Shown here piece by piece: positions 1-13,750 of a DNA stretch of 64,000 nt. Each line of letters opens with the position of its first letter. Positions within the stretch are counted from its first letter, which is position 1. The notes under the pieces were generated by a model. That model was given only the letters and a program-made list of their open reading frames with translations. It searched no databases and had not been told where the DNA came from. The DNA is from the human T2T-CHM13v2.0 reference genome, Homo sapiens: assembly GCF_009914755.1 (NCBI RefSeq), contig NC_060929.1. One strand, 5' to 3'. The position numbers were made by a program, and so were the translations under genes.

Positions 1-2298
1 AAGCATTGCTCTAATAGATGTTTTTCTACATCTTTTTAGCCAGAACTTGGTGACAAGGCTATCCCCAGATGGAAGGGAAGATGGGAAAATCATCTTTTTT
101 CAGCCTCTTTACTGGAAAGAAGAAAGGGCCAGTGAGATAGGAAATAGATGTTGGGTAGACAATTCCCAGAGTCTGCCATGGTATTTTTCCAGGGACAGGG
201 TGGTACAGAATGCCATGCTCCCTACAGTTCACTGTGACTCTCTGAGTTCGTACAGCCTATGAAAGCTGTCCAGAGAATGCAGCACTGGCCTCACCAGTAG
301 TATTTTTAACGGCAGGTTGAGACTTTAACCACGTGATTTTGGAGAGGTTTCTTGTTTTTATAATCTTGAGGCTTAAGAGAACCATCTGACTCAGGGGAAT
401 TCAAAGGAAAAATATTAAAGCTGGTATAATTGAAGGGAAGGTGAAGACTGTAAAATAACAGGTTACTTTTGAGTTTTGGTTTGCATGAAACATAAAATCT
501 ATTCTCGCGTGTACTTTTTTCTCTGCTATACATTAGTTTTCTGGCCTTATTGAAAAAATATACTAAGAGGATTGTTTATGAATATGAAATAACTGCCTTA
601 CAGAATTCTAGTTTATTAAATGAGAATTGTGCTGTTTCTAAATTAAGCCATTAATAAACAGTCTTCTTAAGTGTTTCATAAAGTAAAACTGTAATAAGCT
701 TTCCAATAATACAAAGTAATAAAACATGAGAGTAAAATGGCAGATAGAAAAAAATAATAAAATAAAGGAAAAATGTGGCACATGTTTTAATCTTGGGGTA
801 AGAACCTTGTAAACTCTAATTTAAGCCAATCTCAGTTTGACTTCCTGGTGATTACATCATGATTTACATGTGGTCGCATAAATACATCTGAACACTCATT
901 TAGAAGCCACCTGAATGAGTGATTTTTCCTGCTGGTTATTAAAAGGCATGTTGAGAATTAATCTTGGGCCACATTTCCACCTTCTCCTAACCAAATCCTC
1001 ATTTTGTTTCATTCATGGAAAATATATATTCCCAATGAACCTGTATCATTGTTGCCTTACCAGTTTGATATGATAGAATAAATTGGATTTAATCCCAGAG
1101 AAACAGACATGTTTTCAGGGAAAAAGCAGAGGAGGCTTCAATATAGAAATGTTTTTTTGACTTCAGAAATACTGCACATACTCAATAGTGTGTCCTTAAA
1201 TTGAGAGCAAAGATGTATCAGCAGTCATATGCAGGAGAGCAAAGAACTGGGGACAGGTCACTCCTTACATCACTTGGCATGTTTTAGGTGCATATAGTTC
1301 TCATCAAATTGGCTGGGAGGCTCCCACAGAGATCTGCAGGCAAACTGGCACCCACTAAAACAATTGTGAATTTCCATAAAAATCCATGCCATGGGCGCCA
1401 AAGCAAACTTGTAAAAATTGTCCACTTTCAGGCAACCTGGACAAAAACCTTAGGAGGGCTGGAGTCATTATCAAAAGGGCTCTATAAGAGTCAAGAGAAA
1501 TGTATTCCTGGTTTATTCAAATGCAGGTTCTTGTAAATGGCACAGCCACGGTGAGCCAAATTTGCATTTCCTACCAGGAGCTTGGATTAAGCTCAGCCTA
1601 ACCTGGCCAGTTAAAACAATGAGACCCTTTTGGCTCTTTTACCTGGGATGCTAAAGGAAAATTTCAGAAATGTGATGATTCTGGAACTTAAATTTAAAGA
1701 TTTGGGTATTAATTGGCAATTTTGGAGAAATCCTATTTTTAGCTTTTCAGATAGATTGCATCCATTGAACTAAAAGAGAAATAATATTCTCAACAAAGCA
1801 ATAAAAGCAAGTTTAATTATGAAACTCAAAAATTTAAGCATATTTTTTCCTTTTTGATATCTGAATTTCATATTCTCATCAAACGTGAGTTACATCCAGT
1901 CAGTTTAGTGGTAAATCAGAATGTCACCACTTGACCTTGGCAAAGTCACCTGGTAATGAGGATGAAAGGTACATGGAACAATTTGTGTCTATCTGAGTCA
2001 CTGAGTTTTCCTTCAACAGCACAAATGTGTCATCTGTTTTGTCATGGCTTGTCTTGAGCAATAGAAGCTGTGGTGGCCACAAAGAGGAATGGGAAGGGCA
2101 CTGGTTACAGGCCAGGAGGCAATATTCACACGTAGATGTACATCTGTAAATGCATAGACTTTCTGGGAGGATACACAAGAAATTGGTAATGGAAGTTGCT
2201 GCTGCAGTAGGGTCCAGGAATGGGAACCTGGTGAGTCAGGGGTGGAAATAGAATTTTTTTTTTTATTTTTCAGTTTTGTACTGTATATATATATATTA

Positions 2299-2305
<7 letters not shown>

Positions 2306-2333
<28 letters not shown>
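2306..2333. repeat. (TG)n microsatellite preceded by a (TA)n-rich tract, within a probable old L1ME 3' fragment
   Basis: Direct observation; the L1ME context is tentative. Confidence 0.9.
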
Positions 2334-2335
<2 letters not shown>

Positions 2336-3374
2336 CACATACTGCCCATCCAAGAAAATAAACAATAATAACAAAAGACAGAGTGAAAAAGGCCATATTT
2401 TCATTGGCTCTACTTTAAACTGGGTGGATAATTTTTTCCCCTCTGGACTTCAGATGTCTCTTTTCCAAAATAAGATGGAATGGAGTTTCATCTGCAAAAA
2501 TAGCTAATATTTCCCAAAGCATTGACTATACAATAGTATAAATAAAATTTTCCATTCCGAGTCTGATGTTGGAGAGATAACATATTGTTAATAATAACAA
2601 TGTGAAGCATAAGCACTATCTTACTAGCCAAAAAGTTGAAAATTCATGGTTGCTTATTGAAGAGCTGCTCTGGGAAGGAGCTTTAGACGAGAACAAAGGG
2701 AAAGGAGAGGTGACTTGTGGTGAAAGCTGAGGGAGGACAGGAGAGCTGGGTGATTCCAGGTCCAGAGGATATAACAAATAGGGCATATGCAAGAGAGAAT
2801 CTGGTAAAGACCAGGTTCACCTGGCTGGGATCATCACTTTCGCAAGAGCCTTCGCCAGTCTTTTGCTTTATCTAGGAGCCAGCTGACCTCATCTTATTTT
2901 CCTATAACTTGGCTCTGACCTCACACCTCAGAGTCTGTACTTGCCCACATATCAGACAACCCCTAGCTTCATTCTGTCCCACTCTAATTCGATTACAAAT
3001 TTCACAGGGAACACTTAGTCTCAGTTCTCTGTCTTTGCATTTTCTCTAGCTAATTTTTGCATTGCAGAAGTGAGTTAGCCCTTAGTCACATGCAACTGAA
3101 TGTCTGCAGCTCAGCTGCTTGGGGCAGGTGATATGGAAAAAAGCGTGGGCCGTGAAGTGAGTCAGGCAGGGCCAGCGTGCACATTTCCAAGGTGTCCTCA
3201 CATATCGGCTGTAGAAATATGAACAAGCTATAGAGACTCTCTGTGCCTGCTGCTTCGTTTGCAATGGAACCCCTTGGTTATGCACCGTGAATCTGGAAAA
3301 AAGCCTGTTGACTCAGCCTGTTCTAGAAAGAAAACATTGCCACTCAGAGTCTATTTTACACCTGGAGAGTTCAG

Positions 3375-3590
3375 CACACAAGCCTCAACCTTAGCATTTA
3401 CTGATGTTTTGGACCAGATAATTTTTTGGGTGTGGAGGGCTTAGTTGTGCTTTTTAGGATGTCTGGCAGCATCTTGTCCTCTATCCTCTAGCAGCACTCC
3501 CCTTCACCCTATATGTGACAACCAAAAATGTCTGTAGACATTGCAGAATGTTCCTGGGGTGGAGGAATTATCACCATTTAAGAATCACTG
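3375..3590 (-). mobile_element. MER20 (hAT-Charlie MITE)
   Basis: gtgacaaccaaaaatgtctgtagacattgc...aagaatcactg matches the reverse complement of the MER20 consensus. Confidence 0.8.
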
Positions 3591-4411
3591 ATCCAGAGGA
3601 TGTTTTCCTATGAAGTTTTATTTTGGTTCATATGAAGTCAGCCTAGGGTGAGTGTCTGTACAATATTTTCTTTTTCTAGCATCCTCATCCCTTACCATGG
3701 GCCCTCAATTCAGCCTCATTAGGTAGTTAACAAGGACTAGAGTGGCATGGTACAGTCTTTATCTGAGTCGGCTTAGGGCTTTCAGGGTTCAAGGAAAGCC
3801 TCTAAAAGGTAAATAGACTTAGTCTTGCTGATACTGATCATCTCTTGGTAAAACCTTCATGTATTATTACTCTAACCAAGTTTCTATTTTAGCAAACATC
3901 TGCAGGAAATTAGGAAAGGAAGAGACAGAAAACTCCACCTGCCATAGCAAAGGGCGATCCCAATAGCAAATTGCCTGGCACGAGACTTGGCATGCAGCAA
4001 GAATAATCTCCATGTCTCAGAATACAGTGCTCCCTACTAACCAGCTCTCATCTCTCTCTCCACTCATTCACAGTGGTGACAAACAGGTTCCACAGCAAGC
4101 ACTGTGGCTGTGACTTAGGTCTTGAACTCTTTGCTTCTTGGATGGATTATATTCATACTAATCAAGTCTTGAAGTCAGCCTAAAAACTTGGTACATTTCT
4201 TTGCCTGTAAAATCAATGAGGTGTTTAAAGGAGAAGAGAATTTCTAGTGGGTGGGAGGGCAACAGTTAAATGTATCAAAGTCATCGTGGGTGATGGAAAC
4301 CAGGAAAATGTCTTGGCTGAGCCGATTGGGAGCGCACCAATGATGTTCTCAGAAGATGCTTCAGTGAGAGAAGCAATAGAAACCACATGATGGGGTACAG
4401 AGGTGATTAAA

Positions 4412-4414
4412 TGT

Positions 4415-4454
<40 letters not shown>
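4412..4454. repeat. (TG)n microsatellite
   Basis: Direct observation. Confidence 0.95.
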
Positions 4455-4461
<7 letters not shown>

Positions 4462-4626
4462 AGCCAGGGGCTTGGATCACTCCTACTCAAGAAGTAGGTA
4501 GGAACACACAGCAAATGCAGATTATTTTCTTTTAAGATAGAGGACAGCTGAGTCCGTTTAAAAGTTGAGGGGAAGAAGCCAACAGAATAGAAGAAACTAA
4601 AGGTGCTAGAGAGGAGAGGCTAACCT

Positions 4627-4646
4627 GGGGGGGGGGGGGGAGGGGG
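4627..4646 (+). repeat. Poly-G tract G14-A-G5
   Basis: Direct observation. Confidence 0.95.
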
Positions 4647-5198
4647 CAAATTACCAGAGATAAATATATCCCTTTCTCTGAGACTGGTGGAAAGAAGGAC
4701 AATTAGAAGGAATTTCCTTATAACTTACTATCTCTAATTAAGGAGTTGAAAAGCACTTCATAAAACACATATGAAAACATCAAATATTAGACTATTATCA
4801 GCCATGAACACTCTAATTTAAACCAGCTTTAGAAATCTTTGAGTGATAAACTACTGATTAAATATTTATTGTTCACATGCCATAAGGTCTTGGACTTCTG
4901 CCAAATCTCTAAAAAGATGCAAAATTGTTTCAAAATGTTAACATTAAAAGGTGAAAATCTTTAAATGTGAATCTGGTCTTAACATCTTGTAACTTTGGTT
5001 ATCTTCAACCCACTTGTCACTATTATCTTTTTTAACAAAATAAGGTATGTGCCCAGCATAGTAGGCAAATATTCACTGAGAACCTACTATGTAAAGCTGC
5101 TCTGGGTCCTGATTTATGGGTGTTGGGAAAGTTAGGAAAAGAGGTGGAAGACTAGGGTAGAGAACTGAGCCAGGGCAGCCTGCAGAGCCAGGATTGTG

Positions 5199-5401
5199 AT
5201 GAGTTGCCCAGACTCACAGCAAACATTTAAAACCTAGACTCTCAAGTCCCTGAAACAGGAGGCTTTACAACACAATATATACAAAATATTGTATTATCTG
5301 TGAAACACTAGATATAACACTAAAGAAACATTCCCTGGCCATAGGAAGGGAGATCAAAAGACAGAAATCTTTCTATCTGTCCTGGCAATGTTTTTATTAT
5401 G
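5199..5401 (+). repeat. Left arm of long inverted repeat
   Basis: Reverse complement aligns to 6338-6516. Confidence 0.92.
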
Positions 5402-5847
5402 GCAAAGATAAAGCAAAGGCGTCTTCTGACGATATTTTTTTTTCTTGGTGTCAGAATTTAAATCTGTGCTACATAAACAAGTAACTAATATTCTCTACTT
5501 AAATGCTTCATCAATTTAAAAAGTCAGACCAAAAATATCTTTTTGCCTGAGGACAGTTGGCTGGACTAGATGCAATTTTGAAGTCCACTTCAGCTCCAAG
5601 AGTTCTATTTCTATGATAAAACCACTCAAATACATAGAAAATATCATAAATTTATTGCCCCTTTTCAAGCAAGTCCATTTTTCTCTTGAACACACTTAAG
5701 GGAAAATTTGCCCCTCTCTTTTGTTTAGGCAATCTGTGGAGGATTACCATGGTTTCTGTGGCCTCCTGGCCACTTTTTCTGTACATCAGTTTGGCCGTGA
5801 GATCATCTGAGGCCAACACTGTCAGCTCTCTGGATCTATGACCCTCA

Positions 5848-6066
5848 GCATGCATTCCCCATGGAAGCAGTGAAAATTGGTTTCAAAGGTGACATAATCT
5901 TAGATATTGCATTTGTTTGTGGCGGGCCAAAGAACCACAGTACATAAACAGATATAAGGTATATCTGTGATACTAAAATTTCATGGTGGGTGAGGGAAGA
6001 TTAGGAAAATAAACCTTAAAAGTCTTTGTGGCAGAGGGCACTAACACAAAAAAGTTGAGAAACACT
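5848..6066 (-). mobile_element. MER112-like hAT-Charlie element
   Basis: cacagtacataaacagatata...tatatctgtgatactaaaatttcatgg...aaaaagttgagaaacact matches the MER112 reverse complement as I recall it. Confidence 0.7.
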
Positions 6067-6337
6067 ATCTTAGGGCAAGGATTCCTTGAAGATTTAAGAT
6101 CTGATGGACAGGACTCCGGTGCATCAAATACAATACATTTTTTTGAGTTTTAAAATATTTAAAGTGCACCCTCTCCTCCTTTCCTTCGAATCTACTACTG
6201 AACACTTTTTGCACTATTTTAAATGTAGACATTTTACAGTTCAGTCTAGTACAGTATATAAAACTCAGTTTATACAAAGCCTGTTCTTGTGACAAAAGGC
6301 GTATTTGAAAAATGACTCTCTCTTTTGAGGTCAGACT

Positions 6338-6516
6338 CATAATAAAAACATTGCCAGGACAGATAGAAGGATTTCTGTCTTTTGATCTCCCTTCCTATGG
6401 ACAGGGAATGTTTCTTCAGTGTTATATATAATGTTTCTTCAGTGTTTCTTCAAGCCTCCTGTTTCGGAGACATGAAGGTCTAGGTTTTAAATGTTTACTC
6501 AGTCTGGGCAAGTCAT
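6338..6516 (-). repeat. Right arm of long inverted repeat
   Basis: cataataaaaacattgccaggacagatagaa... is the reverse complement of 5401 leftwards; 3 mismatches in the inner ~90 bp. Confidence 0.92.
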
Positions 6517-6639
6517 AGAAAATATTATTTATTGGGTATGGGAATATGGCAGCAAGATCTAGCAGAAGGCAGCGAAGGGAAGCCATTTGGGCACCAGAAA
6601 GATACACATGTCCATCCCAGATTTGCTTTGGAATAGCCT

Positions 6640-6760
6640 TGTCAATGGGGCAAGTTGCTTAATGCTCTTGAGCCTCAGTTTTCTAATCTGTCAAACAAGG
6701 ATACTAATGCCTACCTTGTAGGATGGTTAAAAGATTTGAGATAACGGATGTCAGGTGGCT
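6640..6760 (+). mobile_element. MIR fragment
   Basis: Core gggcaagttgcttaa...gagcctcagttttctaatctgt. Confidence 0.7.
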
Positions 6761-9246
6761 GGAACTTGCTGTTTCGGAGTTAGGCGATAAGAATGAAGTA
6801 AACAATAATTAGGTAGACAAGAACAAGGCACTCAGTGCACCTATTTTGCCAGACTTCACAAACATCCTGTTTGGATCCCTGCTGCTGCCATTGCAATTTT
6901 TTTTTCTCACAGAATGTAGTCTCTGCCAAGTTTAAATAAACTCCAAAGGATTATTGGTAGCTTGCAAAGTAAGATTTGGGCTTTGCATCAGTGAAGAGTC
7001 TTGAGGATAGGCAGAGATACCAACAAGGAGAAGCATTTCTCCTGCTCCATGAAAATGTGATTCATTCCTTCAATGAAAAAGTCAGGGGCTTGTGCAGGCA
7101 CAACAGCTGTGGTTTTATGAAGGGAAAATAATCCAGAATTCCTTGTGGTGGGGCTGCTCCCACAAGGGGTCAGATCTGGATTATTGCTGGAGGCTGGCAT
7201 CATCCCACAGTGACACAAGCATGATTGGATATCACATAACTTGAAATAACTGGCAATTGTTTTAGGTGAGAAAAGCTCAAGCAAGAGCAAACCAGACCAG
7301 CTCAAGTAAAGGCTTCAGTGTCTTTGATCTGGGGCTGACTTGAATGCCTGGAGTCAGAACAGAAGAAGGAACACGGTTATCTTTGAAGCTCACACTGGTT
7401 GCTGGTTGCCCACTCAACAGATGTGAGCAGTTTAGTTGTCACCATAAATCAAGGGCTCCCCCACAATGTTATAAATAGGGATGGGTAAATATTTTGGATT
7501 CATCAACCTCCAAGTATGCCTCAGATGTTTTGGGTTCAACTAAACAGAATACATCATGCAAAACACATACCCTCCTTGATTTTTTAGGACCGTATGTGAT
7601 TTATGGAAAATAGAATCCATATGTTTCTGCTTCATTTACACTTAAATCTTCAAAAGGTTGTGTGTTGTAAGAGCTTTTTGATGTCGAAGATGCCTCTGCG
7701 CATGCTTAAAAAAAAAAAAAATACGAGCAGCTTAAAAGTTTTGGTCGCTCGGAAAGACCAGAGAGACACAGAGACAGGGAGAAGGAGACAGAGACAGAGC
7801 ACCCAGGAACGCCTGTTTTGCCAAGATGAAATACATTTGAACACCAGGAAGTTCAATTCTGACTGAAACTATAAACCCATGAATTAAAAATGAGTCCAGA
7901 ATTTGGGAAGAAACAAAGGCTCCACTCCAGCCAGTTTTAGAAGCAGCTTCGATGAATACAGAAAAGCAGCTGGCAACTCAGCCACAGCACCAGGGAAGAG
8001 ACGGCCGTGAGTGCACCATCAGCTACAGCTAACAAAGCCTGCAAGCTCTGTTATTCTTGGGCCTCCTAAGAGTTGCTCCAGCCAGGATAGAGACTCTGCC
8101 CTGCTTTAGCTCAGAAATATCCACTCTCGTGATGTTTTCCTGAGGTTGTCCTGTCATAGGCCAACACTTCCTGTCTCTTCTGCCATCTGGCCCAAATAGC
8201 CAGCCACTGGACTGAATATTGGGTGTGCATTTGGGATGATGTTTATTTATTGGGCACTTTCTTTAGAGAAAGATCACATTTAGTTCACAATAAGGCCGAT
8301 AAAACATGCAGTTTGTGTAAAGTGAAAAGTGTGTTAACTAGGGGCCTACAGGTCAGTAAAAGGCAACAGGTAAAACAGGGTTTTCTTGCCGCCATCTCAA
8401 CATTTACTCACTGATATTATATCAGCTCTATGTCATTGTATGCATGTATTATTATTTGTATATGTATCGTATGATTTCAGAAGCATCTTAATTAGAAATA
8501 TTTTATATCATAAATTAGATATCTAGAATAGTTAGAGCGTTATTGCAAGTTAGGATGTGAAACGTTACTGTCCCTTGGGATCTCTAGACTGTGTGGCCTG
8601 AAGAGTCACTTCAGCAGAATTAAGAGTCCTGTGAATTACCTCCATATCCCAATTACATTATCTGGGGACAAGGAGCAGGGCTGGGGAATATTAGAGGTCA
8701 AGTTTTTGTTCTTTTTTTTTTTTTTTTTGCTAACCAGTAAGGAACATTCAGTAAAAATGTTCCTTAATCTCACCACTCATAGGTAGCCACTGTTAACACT
8801 GGGATGTATATTCTTTGAGTTAATTGTGTGTTTGTGTGCACATGAGCACACACAAAGAATTTGATGAGATTATACTATTTATTCTGTTTTGTAGCTTCTC
8901 TTTTTCATTTAGCAATATATTGTAAACTTTTTCCCAGGTCAATAAACTGTTGCCTCATAAGCTTTAATGCTTGCAGAATATTTAATTGTAGAATTGTACT
9001 ACAATTATCTTAATATCTCAGAGTATTTTGAAATACGAATCTTGAAAACACTGCTTCAGATATATTTTTAAATACTGGCCTTAGTTTTTAAAATATTTTC
9101 TATGTTTTAGGACATGTTAGAAAAATAGATTAAGCATAGCTTCTACATCTTGTGGTTGCTTGCCTTTTAGACCAAAACATAGAACATGCTTTGAGAGCCA
9201 TGGAGACTATCCATCTTCCCTGTTTTAGAGGAGACCAAGCTCTTCT

Positions 9247-10123
<877 letters not shown>

Positions 10124-10337
10124 GTATTTTTTAAAGTCCCTAGAAAAGATCAATAAGATAATCAGTAAATATTGTTTTCTTTTCTTCTTTAAAATAAAAC
10201 GCTGTGTTTCTACATCAAGAAGAGCCTGTGACTTAAATTTATCTGTCCCTGTTGGTTGCTCAGTCCATCGGTAAAGTTCCTGGAGTCAATTTAAAAGAAA
10301 GCTGAAATCCATACCTACTTTGCTCTGTTTCCCATCA

Positions 10338-10428
10338 GTTACTAGAGAACTCAGTCCCGTCCCTTTTGTTGACAGGTTGCCAGGATACATCCAGGCAACA
10401 AAGACTGCGGTTCCTGTTACTCAGCAGC
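10338..10428. promoter_or_regulatory. RFX X-box / forkhead motif cluster (putative ciliary-type promoter)
   Basis: GTTACTAGAGAAC (10338-10350), TGTTGAC (10367-10373), GTTGCCAGGATACATCCAGGCAAC (10376-10399), GTTACTCAGCAGC (10416-10428). X-box consensus is GTTRCY-N(0-3)-RGYAAC. Confidence 0.6.
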
Positions 10429-10584
10429 CTCAAAAACTCACACCAGCTCCTGCAAGGAATGTGAATCTTGGAGCTCCCAGCTATTCTGTTCCTGTTTCTG
10501 TCAGCTCCTTCCCTGAAAACTCAGAGGTGCTCAGCATGCCATGCTAAAAGGCAAAATAAAAAGGTAAAGAACAAATGTCACAAG
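10400..10584 (+). other. ZNF474: Probable non-coding first exon of ZNF474
   Basis: Unique sequence just downstream of the X-box cluster. Donor candidates are AAG|GTAAAG (10563) and AAG|GTGAGG (10584). Spacing fits my recollection of a ~22-kb first intron. TSS and choice of donor cannot be determined from sequence. Confidence 0.55.
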
Positions 10585-11049
10585 GTGAGGCTCTCGCAGG
10601 GTGTGTGCATTCTCTGTTGTCTGGTAGGTCTTAAACCTTTCAACTAATAACAACTGCTTCTCTTAGATATTCTTGTTCTCTTCCATTGGCTTCTCACCAG
10701 TATTCAGTAAATATTTCCTTGCTATTGGGAAGAAATACAAATGACGATAATAATAATAATTAGTTCTTAAGTGAAAAATCTCAAGTATTACTAAACAAAA
10801 CAATAAATGTCATTTTACTTCTTTGGATGCTGACAATGATGAGTGAACTATGGATTAGATGTTCTAATACCTAAAAAATAATAAAATTGTATTTAAAAGA
10901 ATGATTTTTAAAATAACTTTCTTCAAAGAAAAGTAGATGAAGTCAGGTTTTAACATTAATTCAGAACTATATGTTTATTAGCCAGATTATCCATGAAAGA
11001 AAAGGGGTACTAAAGGCTATAATTACTCAGTTGTCTTGGCTTTTTTTTT

Positions 11050-13750
11050 AATTATTTGAGATAAAATCAACATGGAGTAAATTGTAACCAATCTTGAGTT
11101 CTTAAATTCAAGTTTCTAAAATCAATGAGTTTAACAGGTATATACAACCATGTCATGGTCACCTCAGTCAGGGCACGGGACATTTATTTCACCCTGGAAT
11201 GTTTCCTCACATCCTTTCCAGCCAATCTTCCCTCCACAGGGGGCCACTGTTTTGATTTCTGTCCTCAAAGAATAGTTGGCCATTCATGAACTTTATATGA
11301 ATAGAATGATACCATATATATTATATTGTCAGACTGACGTCTCTGGCTCAGCAGAATGTTTTTTCAAGCATTTCAATGTGGGTTTTTAAGTCAGTAGTAC
11401 AATTCTTTTTAAAGGTAAGTATAATTGCATTATATGCTTATTTTACATTTGTTTATTACATTGATTGGTAGTTTGTTTGTTTCTAGTTTGGTCCTCTTAT
11501 AGCTAAAGCAGCTATAAAGATTCTTCCACAAAGTATTTTTCTCCTAATTTTATTTTTTATGTCTAACTTTTTTCCAGCTTTATTGAGGTATGACTGACAA
11601 ATAAAAATCACATGTATTTGGGGTTTCTCATGAAATGTGTTGACATATGTAGACATTGTGAAATGATTACCACAATCAAGCTAATTGAAGTATTCATCAT
11701 ATCACATAGTTACCTTTTTTTGGCTGTGGTGAGAATGCTTGAGATCTACTATCTTAACACATTTCAATTATTATTAATTATAATAATTCTTAATTATAAT
11801 CACAATGCTGTACATTAGGTTTCTAGCATTTACTCATCTTATAGCTGAAGGTTTGTACCCTTTGCCTATCTTCCCTTCGTCTCATCCTCCACTCATGGTA
11901 ACCATTATTGCACTCAACAGGTAGGTATATGAAGATGCTCACCATCACTAATCATTAGGGAAATGCAAATAAAAATCACAAGGAGATATTACCATACATT
12001 TGTGAGAATGGCTGTTAAAAAGATAAAAGATAACAAGTGTTGGTGAGAATGTGGAGAAATGGGAACCCTTATACACTGTTTGTGGGATTGTAATTTAATA
12101 CAGCCATTATGGATTATGGAAAACAATATGGAAGTTCCTCAAAAAGTTAAAAGGAGAACTACCATCTGATCTAGCAATCCCACTGCTGGGTATATATCCA
12201 AAGAAAATGAAATTAGTATATTAAAGAGATATCTACACTTCCTTGTTCATTGCAGCATTATTAACAATGGTCCATATGTGGTAACAAATTATCTATCAAC
12301 AGATAAATGGATAAAGAAAATGTGGTATAAACATACAATAGAATATTATTGAACCTTAAAAAAGAAGAAAATACTGCTATTTTCAACAACATGGGTGAAA
12401 CTTGAGGACATTATACTAAGTGAAATAAGCCAGATAAGGAAAGACAAACACTATGTGATCTCACTTATATGTGGGGAAAAAAAAAGAAGCCTGCACAAGT
12501 CTTATTAGATATATGTTTTTATTTATTCTGGATTCGGACCCAGGAGTGAAACTAATGAGTGATAGGGTAGATATTTGTAATAAATATGGAATAATATGTC
12601 ACAGTGGTCATAATTTGCATATTCCTGATGACTAATGGAGTACTTTTCATGAACTTCTTGGAGATTTGTATCTTTTTAAAAATTATCTATTCATACCTTT
12701 TACCCATTTAACATTTTTTCTTTTTAATGTCTTTTTCATTGATGTATAACTCACATATAATAAAATGCACCCATTTTAAGTACAAAATTTGATGAGTTTT
12801 GACAAATGATTATATCCATGAACCAACAAAGACGTAAATATAAGAAAACGTCCATTAACCTTTGTAGTCAATTTTCCTTTCATGCACCTACCCACCAAAC
12901 AATAACTGATATACTTTCTGTCACTACAGATTAGCTTTGCTTATTCATAGAAATGGAATAATTAAGTACCTATACTTCTTTAGCATTTGACTTTTTCGGC
13001 AGCACATTATTCAAAGGGATCCATGTAGTGTATATTAGTAGTTTGTTCATTTGTATTGTGAAACAATATTCTATTGTATGAATATGCTATAATTTTGTAT
13101 TCATTTATCCATTGATGTATATTTATGTTATTTCCAGTTTTTCACTACTATGAGTAAAGCTACTGTAAACATTTGTAAATGACTTTTTGTGGACATATAC
13201 TTTCATTTTTTTAGGTAATTATTTAAAATGTCAATACCATTGGGTATTTTAGAATTTAACTTTATAAAGTTAAATTTTTAGATAATCCAATTTTTAAATA
13301 TATGTCTTGCAAACAGTTCTTCCCAATCTATGTCTTGCCTTTTAATTTTCTTAATTTTTTTAATGTGCAGAAGTTTATAATTAAGAGAAAGTATAATTTA
13401 TTATGTTTTCTTTTATACTTAGTTCTTTTGTGTTTTGTCTAACAAATCTTTGCAAATATTAGGATCATAGATATTCTCTTCTTAAAGTTTTATCATTTTT
13501 GCTTTTATATTTAGTTCCATGATCCATCTTGAGTTAATTTTTGTGTGTAGTGAAAGTAGGGAGTTGATATTTTCTCCCTATGTGCATCCAGTTGTTCCAC
13601 TCTCATTTGTTAAAAAGATTTTCCTCTCTCCATTGAATTGTCTTGGCATCTTCATCAAAAATGAATTGATCATGTATGTAAATTGACCATATGTTTCTGG
13701 ACTGTCTATCCTGTTACATGGATCTGTTTGTCTATCCTTATTGGCATATT
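11050..13750. mobile_element. Nested old L1M fragments (mostly minus strand; plus-strand ORF2-end piece ~11915-12480)
   Basis: L1 3' motifs such as tttattgaggtatgactgacaaataaaa and gaaatgcaaataaaaatcacaaggagatatt. Confidence 0.8.
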
